Part shown: positions 8,509 to 17,613 of the stretch, piece by piece
Layout: each line of letters opens with the position of its first letter
Position numbering within the stretch: the stretch's first letter is position 1
Origin: a virus
Length of the DNA: 64,000 bases
Direction: 5' to 3' (one strand)
Virus record (IMG/VR): IMGVR_UViG_3300046817_000498
Translations under genes and position numbers: made by a program
The notes under the pieces: model-generated
Seen by the model: the letters and a program-made list of their open reading frames with translations, nothing else
What the model was told of the DNA's origin: nothing
Database searches by the model: none

Positions 8509-9902
8509 CGGAGGATCCCGAGCTCGATGAGGCGTTGCCCCTTCTTCCGGAACTCGTCGCGCTCTCCTTGGCTCATGGAGGCCTTCATGTCCCGGCGCTC
8601 CTTCTCGTTCATTTCGGACCACTGGAGAAGCCGCGGGTCAGCGTTCTGGTTGAACTCGGACAGAGCCTTGTTGTAGCTCGCCGGGTCGTTCAGCGCCTTG
8701 ATCGGTCCGAGGTACTTCTGCTTGGCGATGGCGAGCTTGTGGATCGACACGACCTGGTTGGCCGCCTCCGCGATCGCCTCCTTGGTCATGTGCTGGTTCG
8801 GGTTCGACATTTCCGCGAGCGTGCGCGCGAGATTCGTATCACCGCCGGCCAGGGCGAGCATGTTCGAGTTCTTCGCCAGGAGGTCGGTGCTAGTCTTCGC
8901 GAGCTCCCCTTTGTCCATGCCGAGGAGCCCGGCGATACCAGCCACGAGCGTGCGCCGATCGCTCCCGACGCCGGTCTGGGCCTCGCGCGCGAACCGCTTG
9001 ATGTTCTGGAGGTTGGCGATGTTGGTCGACGCGAATTGCCCGCCTTGCAAGGTCGCCTGCCAGTCCTTATTCACCGCCTCGGCGCTGCCGGCGGCCGACT
9101 GTTCGAAGCCTGGCGGGTTGCCCGCGGCGACCGGCTTGCCACCCGCAGCCGGCTGGCCGAGGTAGACCGGGCGTCCCTGCGCATCCACCGTGGTGGTCGT
9201 CGGAGGCAACGTCTTTTGGATCGGCGCGCCCGACACGGCAACGCTCGGAGGCTCGCCTCCGACCGACGGCGTGACCACGGTCGGCTGGATCGTTGCGCCC
9301 GTGTCCAGTGTGCCGGCCTGCGGCGTGAGGCTCGCCTGTTGCTGCGCCGGGTTCAGGATGCTCTGTGAGGCGATCACCCCGGCCTTGGCGATATGCGGTC
9401 CGGGAGGAAGCATCGAGAGCGTGCTGTTGTAGGCGTCCACGAGCTTCGCGATGTTCCGATCGCCCGGGAACTGCGCCTTGAGCTTCTCGCCCTCGGCGAT
9501 GTAGGCCTGCGGGTCCTGAACGCCCGCGCGACCGAGCACGCCATACGGCCCGGCGACGATGCCGCGCTGCTCGTCGGTGAGCTTGAGCTTCGCCTCGGCC
9601 GACGTGGTCTGGTTGTTCTTCAGCGTGGTCCACTTCGAGATGGCCTCAGAACCCGTCATCGGAGCGATCGCCGGGACCGACTTGTTGATCTTGTCGAGGT
9701 CGATCTCTCCGTCGGTCTGGAAGTTGTCGGGCGAGCTGAAGAACTGCTGCAGCGCCTTGCGCTCGTTGTTCGCCTGCGTCTCGCGCTGGAGTTGGATCCC
9801 GCCGCGCCGGATATTGATCGCTGTGTTCGCGAAGTCAGCGATCCCCTTCAACGTGTTCAGCGTGTCCGGGGTCTTGATCTGGAGGCCTACGGGCTCTGCC
9901 AT
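8505..9902 (-). CDS. ejection / internal virion protein (P22 gp20 position)
   Basis: 465 aa. Call rests on synteny and size only. Confidence 0.45.
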   Translation of the reverse strand: MAEPVGLQIKTPDTLNTLKGIADFANTAINIRRGGIQLQRETQANNERKALQQFFSSPDNFQTDGEIDLDKINKSVPAIAPMTGSEAISKWTTLKNNQTTSAEAKLKLTDEQRGIVAGPYGVLGRAGVQDPQAYIAEGEKLKAQFPGDRNIAKLVDAYNSTLSMLPPGPHIAKAGVIASQSILNPAQQQASLTPQAGTLDTGATIQPTVVTPSVGGEPPSVAVSGAPIQKTLPPTTTTVDAQGRPVYLGQPAAGGKPVAAGNPPGFEQSAAGSAEAVNKDWQATLQGGQFASTNIANLQNIKRFAREAQTGVGSDRRTLVAGIAGLLGMDKGELAKTSTDLLAKNSNMLALAGGDTNLARTLAEMSNPNQHMTKEAIAEAANQVVSIHKLAIAKQKYLGPIKALNDPASYNKALSEFNQNADPRLLQWSEMNEKERRDMKASMSQGERDEFRKKGQRLIELGILR

Positions 9903-9905
9903 GGT

Positions 9906-10589
9906 CTACCCCGGGCCCGCACCTGCGTTATTACCCATCGCGAGGATTCGCGGCAGCGTGTACCAGGACATGGCGTTGTTCGTGGCCCCGGAGATGGCAT
10001 TTGCCGCTCCCACGGTTCCCCCGCCTAGAGCTGCACCAGCCTGCGCCATGGTAGAAGCCGCCCCTGTCCCGAGTGTCCCCGCAGCCTGCGCGGTGGTGGC
10101 GTTGGCCGTCTGCCCGAGGCCAGCGATCGAGGCCAGACGGTTGAAAATGTTCGACTGGTTCGCCGTGAAATTCTGGAACGCCTGCTGGTAGGAGTTCTGC
10201 GCGTAGTTGGTCGTGTAGTCGGCGATGCCCTTCAAGGTGTTGCCGCCGATCAGCCCGCCGGTTGAAGTCGCGAAGTTCTGGATCGCCCCGAGGCCCTGCT
10301 GCTTCGTGAACTCGTAGTTCGGGGCGAGGCTCGTCGCGAGGTCGTCCGGCCCGAATTGCTTGTTGAAGAACCCCGACATATCCGAGATGGACGAGAGCGC
10401 ATTTTCGCCAGCCTGCCGCCACGGGGCCTGCTGCTGGTTGACCGTGTTGAACATCTGGAGCTGAGCTGCCGTGGCGTTGTTCGCCGCGTCCGCCTGCTGC
10501 TTCGCCCCGCGCTCGGCTCCGATCGCTCCGATGGCCCCGCCGACGAGCGCCCCGCCGCCCGCGATCGCCGCCGCCGCTATGAAGGACAT
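9906..10589 (-). CDS. ejection / internal virion protein (P22 gp7 position)
   Basis: 227 aa with a Gly/Ala-rich hydrophobic N-terminus (MSFIAAAAIAGGGALVGGAIGAIG) and a Gln/Asn-rich body. Confidence 0.45.
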   Translation of the reverse strand: MSFIAAAAIAGGGALVGGAIGAIGAERGAKQQADAANNATAAQLQMFNTVNQQQAPWRQAGENALSSISDMSGFFNKQFGPDDLATSLAPNYEFTKQQGLGAIQNFATSTGGLIGGNTLKGIADYTTNYAQNSYQQAFQNFTANQSNIFNRLASIAGLGQTANATTAQAAGTLGTGAASTMAQAGAALGGGTVGAANAISGATNNAMSWYTLPRILAMGNNAGAGPG

Positions 10590-11002
10590 GCGAGCCTCCG
10601 AAGCTTGTTGCCCGGCCCGAACGGCGAGGTCGGATCATCCATGATCAGCTCGCGCTCGATCTTATCCAGGTTGCGCTTGTTGGTCCGGTGGACGGTCATG
10701 CAGATGGAGTCCTCCAGGGCGAACACGGCCCGCTTCGTTCCGGGCTGCGACACGATCACGTCGCCTGCGTGGTAGTCGCGCCAAGTCTCCCCGTCCGAGA
10801 CCCTGACCGCGCCCTTGGTCACGATGTAGAAGTGCTCCCGCCTGTGGACCTTCCCGACGATCACCGCGCCCTTCGGACGACGCACCACGCGCGCGTACAT
10901 GCCGTCGGCGAAATGGTGCTCGGTCTCCAGCTCGAGCTGCGGTAGTTTCGCCATCTCGGCTTGGAGAGCGGTGACCTTGCCCCTGGTGCTGATCTCATTC
11001 AT
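10577..11002 (-). CDS. cupin-like small beta-barrel protein
   Basis: 141 aa from ATG 11002 (ATGA coupling). HHFADGMYARVV..GAVIVGKVHRREHFYIVTKGAVRV..GDVIVSQPGTKRAVFALED resembles a cupin core. Confidence 0.4.
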   Translation of the reverse strand: MNEISTRGKVTALQAEMAKLPQLELETEHHFADGMYARVVRRPKGAVIVGKVHRREHFYIVTKGAVRVSDGETWRDYHAGDVIVSQPGTKRAVFALEDSICMTVHRTNKRNLDKIERELIMDDPTSPFGPGNKLRRLACPS

Positions 11003-11328
11003 CGTGGGAAGAATACCAGCGTGGGCGGGACGGTGTATGTGATCGTGACGTCGTCCTCGGTGGAACACGGGATGAAACCCGCCGTCAGGCCCGTCGCCTC
11101 GAGCGAGCTACGTGTGAGCGAGATGGCCGATACGGTGCCGCCGACTACGAGCAGATTCCCGGGCTGCGGGACATGGAACGTGAACGGCGAGCCTGTCGGC
11201 GTGACCGCAAACTCGGGCGAGGCGTTCCATAGGCTTTGGAACGCGAGGAACCAGGAGCGCGTGCAACGCCCGTTCTCGTCTGCGATCGGCGCGTCGAACT
11301 TGGGCTGCGTGAAGGTCGGGTTTGGCAT
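10999..11328 (-). CDS. hypothetical virion protein
   Basis: 109 aa from ATG 11328, coupled on both sides. Sits between the hub-like and ejection genes. Confidence 0.4.
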   Translation of the reverse strand: MPNPTFTQPKFDAPIADENGRCTRSWFLAFQSLWNASPEFAVTPTGSPFTFHVPQPGNLLVVGGTVSAISLTRSSLEATGLTAGFIPCSTEDDVTITYTVPPTLVFFPR

Positions 11329-12761
11329 CAGTGGACCCCTGCCGTCGCGCGCAGGTTCGCCGAGACGAGCACCCGGTAAACCGGATCGGTCACCGTCACC
11401 TCGTAGATACGGTCGCGTGCCTCGCCCATCTGCGTCCATCGCGCCCGGTTCTTGTACTTGCCGACCTTGCCAAGGCTGCGCCAGTGCTCGTTGCCGAACG
11501 TGGAGCCGCCATCATCGGACCAGTGGAGCATTGCCTGCGGGTCGGAACCCTGGCCGGTCTGAAGACCGACGCCGGGTTGAAATTGGAGCTGCATCTCGTG
11601 GTAGAACATTCGCTGAATGTCCTCGCCGACCAGGTGCGGAGCTCGCCGGATACATGGGATCGGCACCCCGTCGTCGGTGAATTGCGACAGGCTCATCGAG
11701 TAGAGCTTCCCGTTCTGCCAGTCGCCCACGATGATCTGGTTGTTGAAAATGGTCCCGCAGTTGCTCCGGTGGCGATGCAGCACGTTCTTCGAGTCGCGCC
11801 ACGCGCGCTTGTGCCAGAGTCCGGTCGCGAGGTCGTAGACCCACGTGACGTCCGCCGCTGGCAGAATCAGCACATAGAACTCGTGCCCGTTCTGCTGGTA
11901 GGAGTAGGCCCGGGCATCGTTCAGGGTCGGGTAGCTGTTCAGCGCCGTCTCGACCGCGAAGGTCGAGATGCGCTCCGGGCGGTAGCCGTTCATTTGAACG
12001 ACGATCGACTGCCCGCGGTCGTCCTTCGAGACCCATGCGAAGCTCTCGCCAAGGCGCGCGAGGCTGAATTTCGAGGCCACGCCATGCTGGCTCGAGGTCC
12101 CAGGGATGCGCTGGAACGGGAACGGGAACGCTCCGGTGTTCGTCCAGACCTCGGTCGTCTTCTCCCCGAGCAGGTAGACCTCGCGCTGATTCACGATCAG
12201 TGTGACCAGGAGGTCGGGTGCCCCGTCCTTCGAGGACAAGTTGAGCGCCGAGCTCACGATCGACCCCGCGTTCGTGCAGCCCCACTGGTTCGTCAGCGGG
12301 TTGTTGTAGACGATGAAAGTGTCAACTACGTCTACTCGATCCGCAGCCGGGAAGGCCCCATCGACGAGGACCGCCATCGTCCCGACGCCGCTCGAGTAGG
12401 AGTAGCGATTCACGCCATCGGCGATCATCGCCACCGTGCCATTGTCCACGATCGAGACCGGACCGCTCGAGGTGTTCAGGGTTCCGGCGAAGGTCTGCGC
12501 GTAGGACTTGTCGAGCGAGATGACCTGATTTCCGACGGCCGCCAGGAGTCGCGCGCTCCCGGTGTTCGTGAACAGGCCGCGCACCTCCGCCTGTAGCGGA
12601 AGCTGCGCCACCGGCACAAGCCCCGGGGTCGGGTACAGGGCGATCACCCCGCGATCCTTGCGGAACGGGTCGATCTCCGGGTACCAATTGATGCACTCCT
12701 GGTCGTCCTGGTAGATCGAGGCCGCCACGTAGGAGGGGCCGACGAAGCCAAAGTCCGGCAT
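11328..12761 (-). CDS. tail hub / packaged-DNA stabilisation protein (P22 gp10-like)
   Basis: 477 aa from ATG 12761. The N-terminus MPDFGFVGPSYVAASIYQDDQECINWYPE is typical of the phage stabilisation protein family. Size and position match gp10. Confidence 0.6.
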   Translation of the reverse strand: MPDFGFVGPSYVAASIYQDDQECINWYPEIDPFRKDRGVIALYPTPGLVPVAQLPLQAEVRGLFTNTGSARLLAAVGNQVISLDKSYAQTFAGTLNTSSGPVSIVDNGTVAMIADGVNRYSYSSGVGTMAVLVDGAFPAADRVDVVDTFIVYNNPLTNQWGCTNAGSIVSSALNLSSKDGAPDLLVTLIVNQREVYLLGEKTTEVWTNTGAFPFPFQRIPGTSSQHGVASKFSLARLGESFAWVSKDDRGQSIVVQMNGYRPERISTFAVETALNSYPTLNDARAYSYQQNGHEFYVLILPAADVTWVYDLATGLWHKRAWRDSKNVLHRHRSNCGTIFNNQIIVGDWQNGKLYSMSLSQFTDDGVPIPCIRRAPHLVGEDIQRMFYHEMQLQFQPGVGLQTGQGSDPQAMLHWSDDGGSTFGNEHWRSLGKVGKYKNRARWTQMGEARDRIYEVTVTDPVYRVLVSANLRATAGVH

Positions 12762-13762
12762 CAGTTGAACCCTCCGTGGAGGATCCAGCCTGCGTCCTTG
12801 CGGAGCGCCGGCAGGAGGTTCGGGTCGAAGTGCGCCGAGGGAGTCGGGCGCATGTTGGTCCGCTTCAACCAGGCGCGCGCCGCGCCCGCCTGCTGGTGGA
12901 TCAGCGCGATCTGGGCCGGGTCGGACTTCCCGAAGTCGGGCAGCAGAAGCTCGGCCAGGCCGAAGCGCAGGAACAGCTTGTACCCCTGCGGGAAGATGAC
13001 AGGCGAATCGATGGCCGGGAACTGGTTGAAGACCGTGTCGACGAACAGGTGCATCTCCGCGCCCTGGTTCGGGTTCGGCCAGTAGTTGAGCACGCTCTGC
13101 GGCATGGAGGGCTGGTAGTAAAGAATTTTCGGCCACGGGCCCGCCAGCGCCTTCAGGCCGATCAGCTCGTAGTCCTCAACGCTGATCACGTCCACCGGGT
13201 AGTCGAGGCTGCCCGCGATCGAGGCGGTGATTCGCACCATCGCGCTGTTGATCCGCAGCGGCCGCGGCGCGTAGGAGGTGAGCGCCCCATTCCCGAAGGT
13301 GTTCTGCGGGTAAATCTTGTAGGTCCCCAGAGCCGCGGTGCTCGAGCCGCCGAGCCCGGTCCCGAGCGCGGTGATGGCGGTGCCAGCTTGGATCCCGGCT
13401 CCCTGGATGATCTGCCCGACCGAGAGCGCCCCGCTCGAGATAGCGGTGACCGTCAGGACGTCGGCGTTGATCTGCCCGGTGAACGAGCACCCGACGTCGT
13501 TCTGCGGCTGGCCGATCGTGTACTGGAACTTGCCGGCGGCCATCGTGTGGATGACCTCCTGCACGCAGAAGATCAGGGATTTTTCGTTGCTGAGCTGATC
13601 GAGCCAGTCATTCAGCAGCGCGAACGTGTCGTTGAAGGTCTCGGGCGGAATCGGCTCGCCGGCGGCCACCGCGCCGATCCGGCGCAGCGCCCCACGGATA
13701 AGATCACCTGCTGTGAGAGTGGCCCCGACCGGTGAGGTCTGGGTCCCGATGATTACGGGCAC
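12761..13762 (-). CDS. head-to-tail adaptor (P22 gp4 position)
   Basis: 333 aa. DLIRGALRRIG..ETFNDTFALLNDWLDQLSNE resembles the N-terminal helix motif of adaptors. Synteny supports the call. Confidence 0.5.
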   Translation of the reverse strand: MPVIIGTQTSPVGATLTAGDLIRGALRRIGAVAAGEPIPPETFNDTFALLNDWLDQLSNEKSLIFCVQEVIHTMAAGKFQYTIGQPQNDVGCSFTGQINADVLTVTAISSGALSVGQIIQGAGIQAGTAITALGTGLGGSSTAALGTYKIYPQNTFGNGALTSYAPRPLRINSAMVRITASIAGSLDYPVDVISVEDYELIGLKALAGPWPKILYYQPSMPQSVLNYWPNPNQGAEMHLFVDTVFNQFPAIDSPVIFPQGYKLFLRFGLAELLLPDFGKSDPAQIALIHQQAGAARAWLKRTNMRPTPSAHFDPNLLPALRKDAGWILHGGFN

Positions 13763-13770
13763 CGGTCACC

Positions 13771-13998
13771 CTACTCGCCGTCTTCGGCGGGCTTGGCCTT
13801 GGACTTTTTCCCGGCGGGCACTGCCGTCGGATCGTTGACCAGCGTCTCGATGTCCTCGGCGACCACGAATCCGTCGGCGAGCTTCGCCTTCTCTTCCTTC
13901 AGCGAACCGACTGTCACGGTCTCGAGCACGCCGGCCCCGGCATCGCGGGTCCAGCTGCCACGGTAAAGCACTCGCGGATACTGTTGGCTCGGTTCCAT
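13771..13998 (-). CDS. hypothetical protein
   Basis: 75-aa ORF in the head module. Confidence 0.4.
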   Translation of the reverse strand: MEPSQQYPRVLYRGSWTRDAGAGVLETVTVGSLKEEKAKLADGFVVAEDIETLVNDPTAVPAGKKSKAKPAEDGE

Positions 13999-14007
13999 GG
14001 CGTCTCC

Positions 14008-14358
14008 TTATTGAGTACCGACCGGCCATGCCACGACCACGGCGGGGCCGGCGGCGCTCCCGATCATGTTCACGTCGAACGGTCCTCTGGGCGTCTGCAC
14101 GATCATCGGGACCGGCATGTTCGCCGGCAGGACGAACGTGTTGGCCGGGACTCCTACAGCGGGAAACACGGCGGCCGGGCACTTCCCGACCTGCCCCATC
14201 TGGACCGCCACGGTGTTCGGCCCGGTGTTCAGGAACGCGGCATAGTCGACCGGGTCGTTGTCGTAGAACGCCGCGAGCGTGATCGGGCCGGTGCTGGCGT
14301 TCGTGACCGAGAGCGCCTGCGAAGGGCCGACCTGCTTGGAGGTGATGGTCTCGGGCAT
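14008..14358 (-). CDS. hypothetical head-associated protein
   Basis: 116 aa from ATG 14358 (ATGA coupling). The longer 231-aa ORF in the track is rejected as an upstream extension. Confidence 0.5.
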   Translation of the reverse strand: MPETITSKQVGPSQALSVTNASTGPITLAAFYDNDPVDYAAFLNTGPNTVAVQMGQVGKCPAAVFPAVGVPANTFVLPANMPVPMIVQTPRGPFDVNMIGSAAGPAVVVAWPVGTQ

Positions 14359-14684
14359 CAGGCCGCGTTCACCGGCAGAGGCAGGTTCTCCGGGCGCGTC
14401 ACGTTCATCACGTACTGACCCGCCGCAGGGGTAAGGGCGCCCGCTGTGCTGTTCTGGAACAGGATCGTGAGCGTGTTCAGGGCTGAGACCCTGGCGTTCG
14501 CGATCCCGATCCCTGCGGTCTGCACGCCGTTGAAGAACACGTCGACGAAGTCCCCGACCTGAAGCCCGACGACCGTGAAGTTCTGCTCGGCGGACGTCGC
14601 CCCGGCCACCGACACGGGCGTGAGACTCGGCCCGGCCAGGTAGTCGTAGATCACGTTGCCGCGTCCGATGGTGGTGCCTGGCAT
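14358..14684 (-). CDS. small head-associated protein, paralog of 14732..15094
   Basis: Shares FxVxGLQxxDxV ... AGxGI ... LxIxFxNxTAGALTPxAGxY ... RP with the neighbouring gene. Confidence 0.55.
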   Translation of the reverse strand: MPGTTIGRGNVIYDYLAGPSLTPVSVAGATSAEQNFTVVGLQVGDFVDVFFNGVQTAGIGIANARVSALNTLTILFQNSTAGALTPAAGQYVMNVTRPENLPLPVNAA

Positions 14685-14731
14685 CTTCGTTTCTCCTTTT
14701 CAAGGTCCCGGAGCCGAAGCCCCGGGGTTTC

Positions 14732-15094
14732 CTAGAGGATCGGCATCGCGGTCAGGAGCGGGATCCCGGGGGCGGGGCGAAGCACCGTGATCAGGTACAC
14801 GCCAGCACCCGGCGTCAGAGCGCCCGCCGTGGGGTTGTTGAACTGGATCGAGAGGACTCCGGCCGCGGCGCAGAACGCGCTCCCGACGGTCGTCGCGTTG
14901 CCGGTAGGTGCGGGCGTCAGGACGACGATGTCCGTGGTCTGCAGGCCGGTCACGTTGAACGTCTGGAGAACGCCCGAGGCGTTCGCGGCTCCCACCGAGC
15001 CCGGCGTGATCGTCTGGCTGATCACTCCGATCTGCTGGATGCCGGAGAACGGCGCCTGGCTGTTGGGGGTTACTTGGCTGTTCGGGGCTGCCAT
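14732..15094 (-). CDS. small head-associated protein, paralog of 14358..14684
   Basis: 120 aa, immediately downstream of the coat gene. Carries the same motif set as 14358..14684. Confidence 0.55.
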   Translation of the reverse strand: MAAPNSQVTPNSQAPFSGIQQIGVISQTITPGSVGAANASGVLQTFNVTGLQTTDIVVLTPAPTGNATTVGSAFCAAAGVLSIQFNNPTAGALTPGAGVYLITVLRPAPGIPLLTAMPIL

Positions 15095-15103
15095 GTCCGT
15101 CTC

Positions 15104-16357
15104 CTATGAACTGACCCGGCACGCCAGCTCTTGGTAGAGCGGCGCCCACCCGTACAGCACGTCCAGACGGGTAGGAATCGAGTCGTTGTTGATCGTGTAC
15201 TGGCGCACGATTCGGATCGAGAGACCGATCTCCTCGTCGGAGGCACGGCCCGCGAAGTGGACACCCTCCGGCAGCTCGAGGTCGGCCACGGCCAGGGTGT
15301 AGGCGTTGCGGTGGAAGAGGACGTTCTGCGGTCCCACCACTGCGTTCGCCACGCCCACCGCCGCCGAGAACGGCGTCACGATGGCGCCCGCGCCCGGAGC
15401 CGCGGTCACGTTCTGGAACTGCCCGCCGAAGATGAGGGCTGGGCTGACCGTCAGCGAGAACGCACCGTTGGTGTTGACGATCGCGGTCGTCGCCACGAAG
15501 GACCGCAACCGGTTCGAGCCGTAAGCCTGCCGGTTCTGCGGGTTGACCGCGAAGACGCCCGCGATGGTGAACGTGTCCCCGACCGAGATATTGATCGCCT
15601 GCGTGGTCGAGAGGTTGAGCGTCGTGGTAGACGCCCAGCCGGTGGCGAGACCCTGCCCCGCGCCGACAGTGGTGACTACGCCCAGCGTGGTCTGGAAGCT
15701 GCCGAACGTGTGGCTGACCACGTTCTGGTCCATCTTCCAGTTCATGCCGCCGGAGTCGCGACCCATCAGCCCCTTCATGTACTGGTCGCCGATCCGATCG
15801 GACGGAACGAACAGGCCCTTGAGGGAGTCGACGATCGTGGCCGAGGTGAACGGCTCCACGACCATGCAGCGGCGGCCGTCACGCGGCGTACCTTCCGCAT
15901 CGCAGAAAGCCGCGGCGGTGAGATACGTCAGGAGTCCCGAGGGCGGCGTGCCCGCGGTGCCGACGATGTTGGCGGTGTTGTTCTTCGCCATCACCAGGCC
16001 GTCGCGGTCGACGCGATTCGCGATCGCAGCGACGCACGGCTTCAGCACTCGGTCGCTGAACATATCCAGCGAGAGCGCGAGGTCCTGCGTGGTGAACTGC
16101 GTGTCGACGTGGAACTGCGTGGTCAGAACGACCGGGATCGAGGTCTCGTTGAAGTCCTCGACGTTGAGCGCGGGGCCGCTGGTGCCGATGAACCGGCCCG
16201 GGCGCCGCACGTTGACTGTGTTGCCGATCTTCGCGCCTACGACGGCGAACTGGTCGTCGTACTCGCGATTCACTTCCGAGGTGAAGGTAAGCTCGTTTTC
16301 GAGCACCATCAGGGCCTCGTTCGTGATCTTGCTGATCGTGAGCAGAGTATTTGCCAC
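15104..16357 (-). CDS. major capsid protein, P22 gp5 coat family
   Basis: 417 aa from a GTG start with GGAGG 7 nt upstream. The N-arm TLLTISKITNEALMVLENELTFTSEVNREYDDQF and overall length are typical of P22-type coat proteins. Confidence 0.85.
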   Translation of the reverse strand: MANTLLTISKITNEALMVLENELTFTSEVNREYDDQFAVVGAKIGNTVNVRRPGRFIGTSGPALNVEDFNETSIPVVLTTQFHVDTQFTTQDLALSLDMFSDRVLKPCVAAIANRVDRDGLVMAKNNTANIVGTAGTPPSGLLTYLTAAAFCDAEGTPRDGRRCMVVEPFTSATIVDSLKGLFVPSDRIGDQYMKGLMGRDSGGMNWKMDQNVVSHTFGSFQTTLGVVTTVGAGQGLATGWASTTTLNLSTTQAINISVGDTFTIAGVFAVNPQNRQAYGSNRLRSFVATTAIVNTNGAFSLTVSPALIFGGQFQNVTAAPGAGAIVTPFSAAVGVANAVVGPQNVLFHRNAYTLAVADLELPEGVHFAGRASDEEIGLSIRIVRQYTINNDSIPTRLDVLYGWAPLYQELACRVSS

Positions 16358-16527
16358 GATGGGCCTCCGTTGTCAGGTTAAAAAACCGTACTGCCTCGGT
16401 CCTGACACGTGGGACCCGCACGAATAAGCCCCGATGCGCTCGGGTCTGCGGATGTTCGCTGGCTCCTGCACCCGCCCAGCTGGCGGCCCTACTTGTTCGC
16501 GATACTACGCCGAATTCCGGCGCGGTG

Positions 16528-17568
16528 CTACTTGATCTTGCCGGCCTTCCGCGCCGCCTTGTAGTCCTTGAAGCCGACGGTGATGTTGCCCTTGTCGTCC
16601 TCGACGCCCTCCGGGGCGCTGGAGCTCTTGAGCGGCTGCGCTGGCTTCGGAGCCTTCGAGACCTCGGCATCACCGGCGGCTTTGTTCTCGCCCTTGTCCT
16701 CGCCGTTGCCCTTCTGCTTGCCCTTGCCAGCCATCACCTTGTCCTCGATCCGCCCGAGCTCGCGGAAGGCGGCCGAGACGGTCATGCGGTTGATCTTGTC
16801 GGCCTCGGCCGGAAACTCGGCGAAGTAGTACAGGGCGCGCAGCCCCGCCTCGCCCATGCTCCGGATCTCGTCTCGCACCTCGTCCGATAGCACCGTCGTC
16901 GACCCGGCGATCTTGGCGTCGAAGTCCGGGATATCGGCTCGCACCGCATCCTTCGCCTTGTTCCAGGCCTCCGCCTGCAAGCGCCCGGCTTCGGCCTGCC
17001 TGCGGGTCTCCTCGTCGGCCTGACGCTTCGACTCGCGCTGGTCCTGCCTCCAGTTGAACAGGGCGTCCTCGAACTCGGCGTCGCCCTCACCCCCGGCCTT
17101 GAACTTCGTGCGATCCGGCCGCGGTGTAGCGTCGGCGGGTGGCGACTCTTTTGCCTTGTCCCCCTTCGCCGGACCCTTGGCCTCCTCCAGCTCACGCGCT
17201 CGCGCCTCTGCCGCCAGACGAGCCTCGCGCTCCTTCGCGGCTTCCGCCCGCGCGGTGTCGCGTTGCCCTGTCAGCTCGGAGAAGCGCATGTTGAGCCGTT
17301 GGCGCTTCGGGTCCTTCTCGGCCGCACGTTCGGCCTCGAGCGCCGCTTCCGCCTCGTCCGCGTTGGCGGCTGCAGCCGCGTTGCCCTTGTCGTCGGTCCC
17401 CGGCTCGCCTTTCGGCGCCGCAGTTTCCTTCGGGTCGGGCGTGGACTTGACGGGCGGCTCGATGCCGAGCTTGCCAGCCTGGAATTCCGCCAGGTTCTCG
17501 GACGTCACGACGACGGTTGACGGACGGACCGCCTCGCGCGATTGCTGCTGCTCTTGTTCAGTAGGCAT
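16528..17568 (-). CDS. scaffolding protein
   Basis: 346 aa, Ala/Glu/Lys-rich and helical with low complexity. Lies between the portal and coat genes. Confidence 0.65.
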   Translation of the reverse strand: MPTEQEQQQSREAVRPSTVVVTSENLAEFQAGKLGIEPPVKSTPDPKETAAPKGEPGTDDKGNAAAAANADEAEAALEAERAAEKDPKRQRLNMRFSELTGQRDTARAEAAKEREARLAAEARARELEEAKGPAKGDKAKESPPADATPRPDRTKFKAGGEGDAEFEDALFNWRQDQRESKRQADEETRRQAEAGRLQAEAWNKAKDAVRADIPDFDAKIAGSTTVLSDEVRDEIRSMGEAGLRALYYFAEFPAEADKINRMTVSAAFRELGRIEDKVMAGKGKQKGNGEDKGENKAAGDAEVSKAPKPAQPLKSSSAPEGVEDDKGNITVGFKDYKAARKAGKIK

Positions 17569-17613
17569 GGATCACTCCACGGATATTCCCCGCGGTCGCA
17601 CGGGTGCGTTTGT

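Noticed and set aside
15131-16381. Long antisense or alternate-frame ORFs throughout the window (for example 15131..16381 +, 11322..12596 +, 21359..23107 +, 17542..18432 +, 18487..19590 +, 6787..7935 +).
   Set aside because: Their products are Arg/Gly/Pro/Asp-rich without hydrophobic pattern. They mirror well-supported genes on the other strand, which is the expected shadow-ORF effect of high-GC DNA with G/C-ending codons.
16358-16527. A terminator or attenuator between the scaffold and coat genes (small hairpins CGCCG-gaatt-CGGCG and CCG..CGG followed by TTTTTT).
   Set aside because: The stems are short and weak. This cannot be supported without an energy calculation or transcript data.
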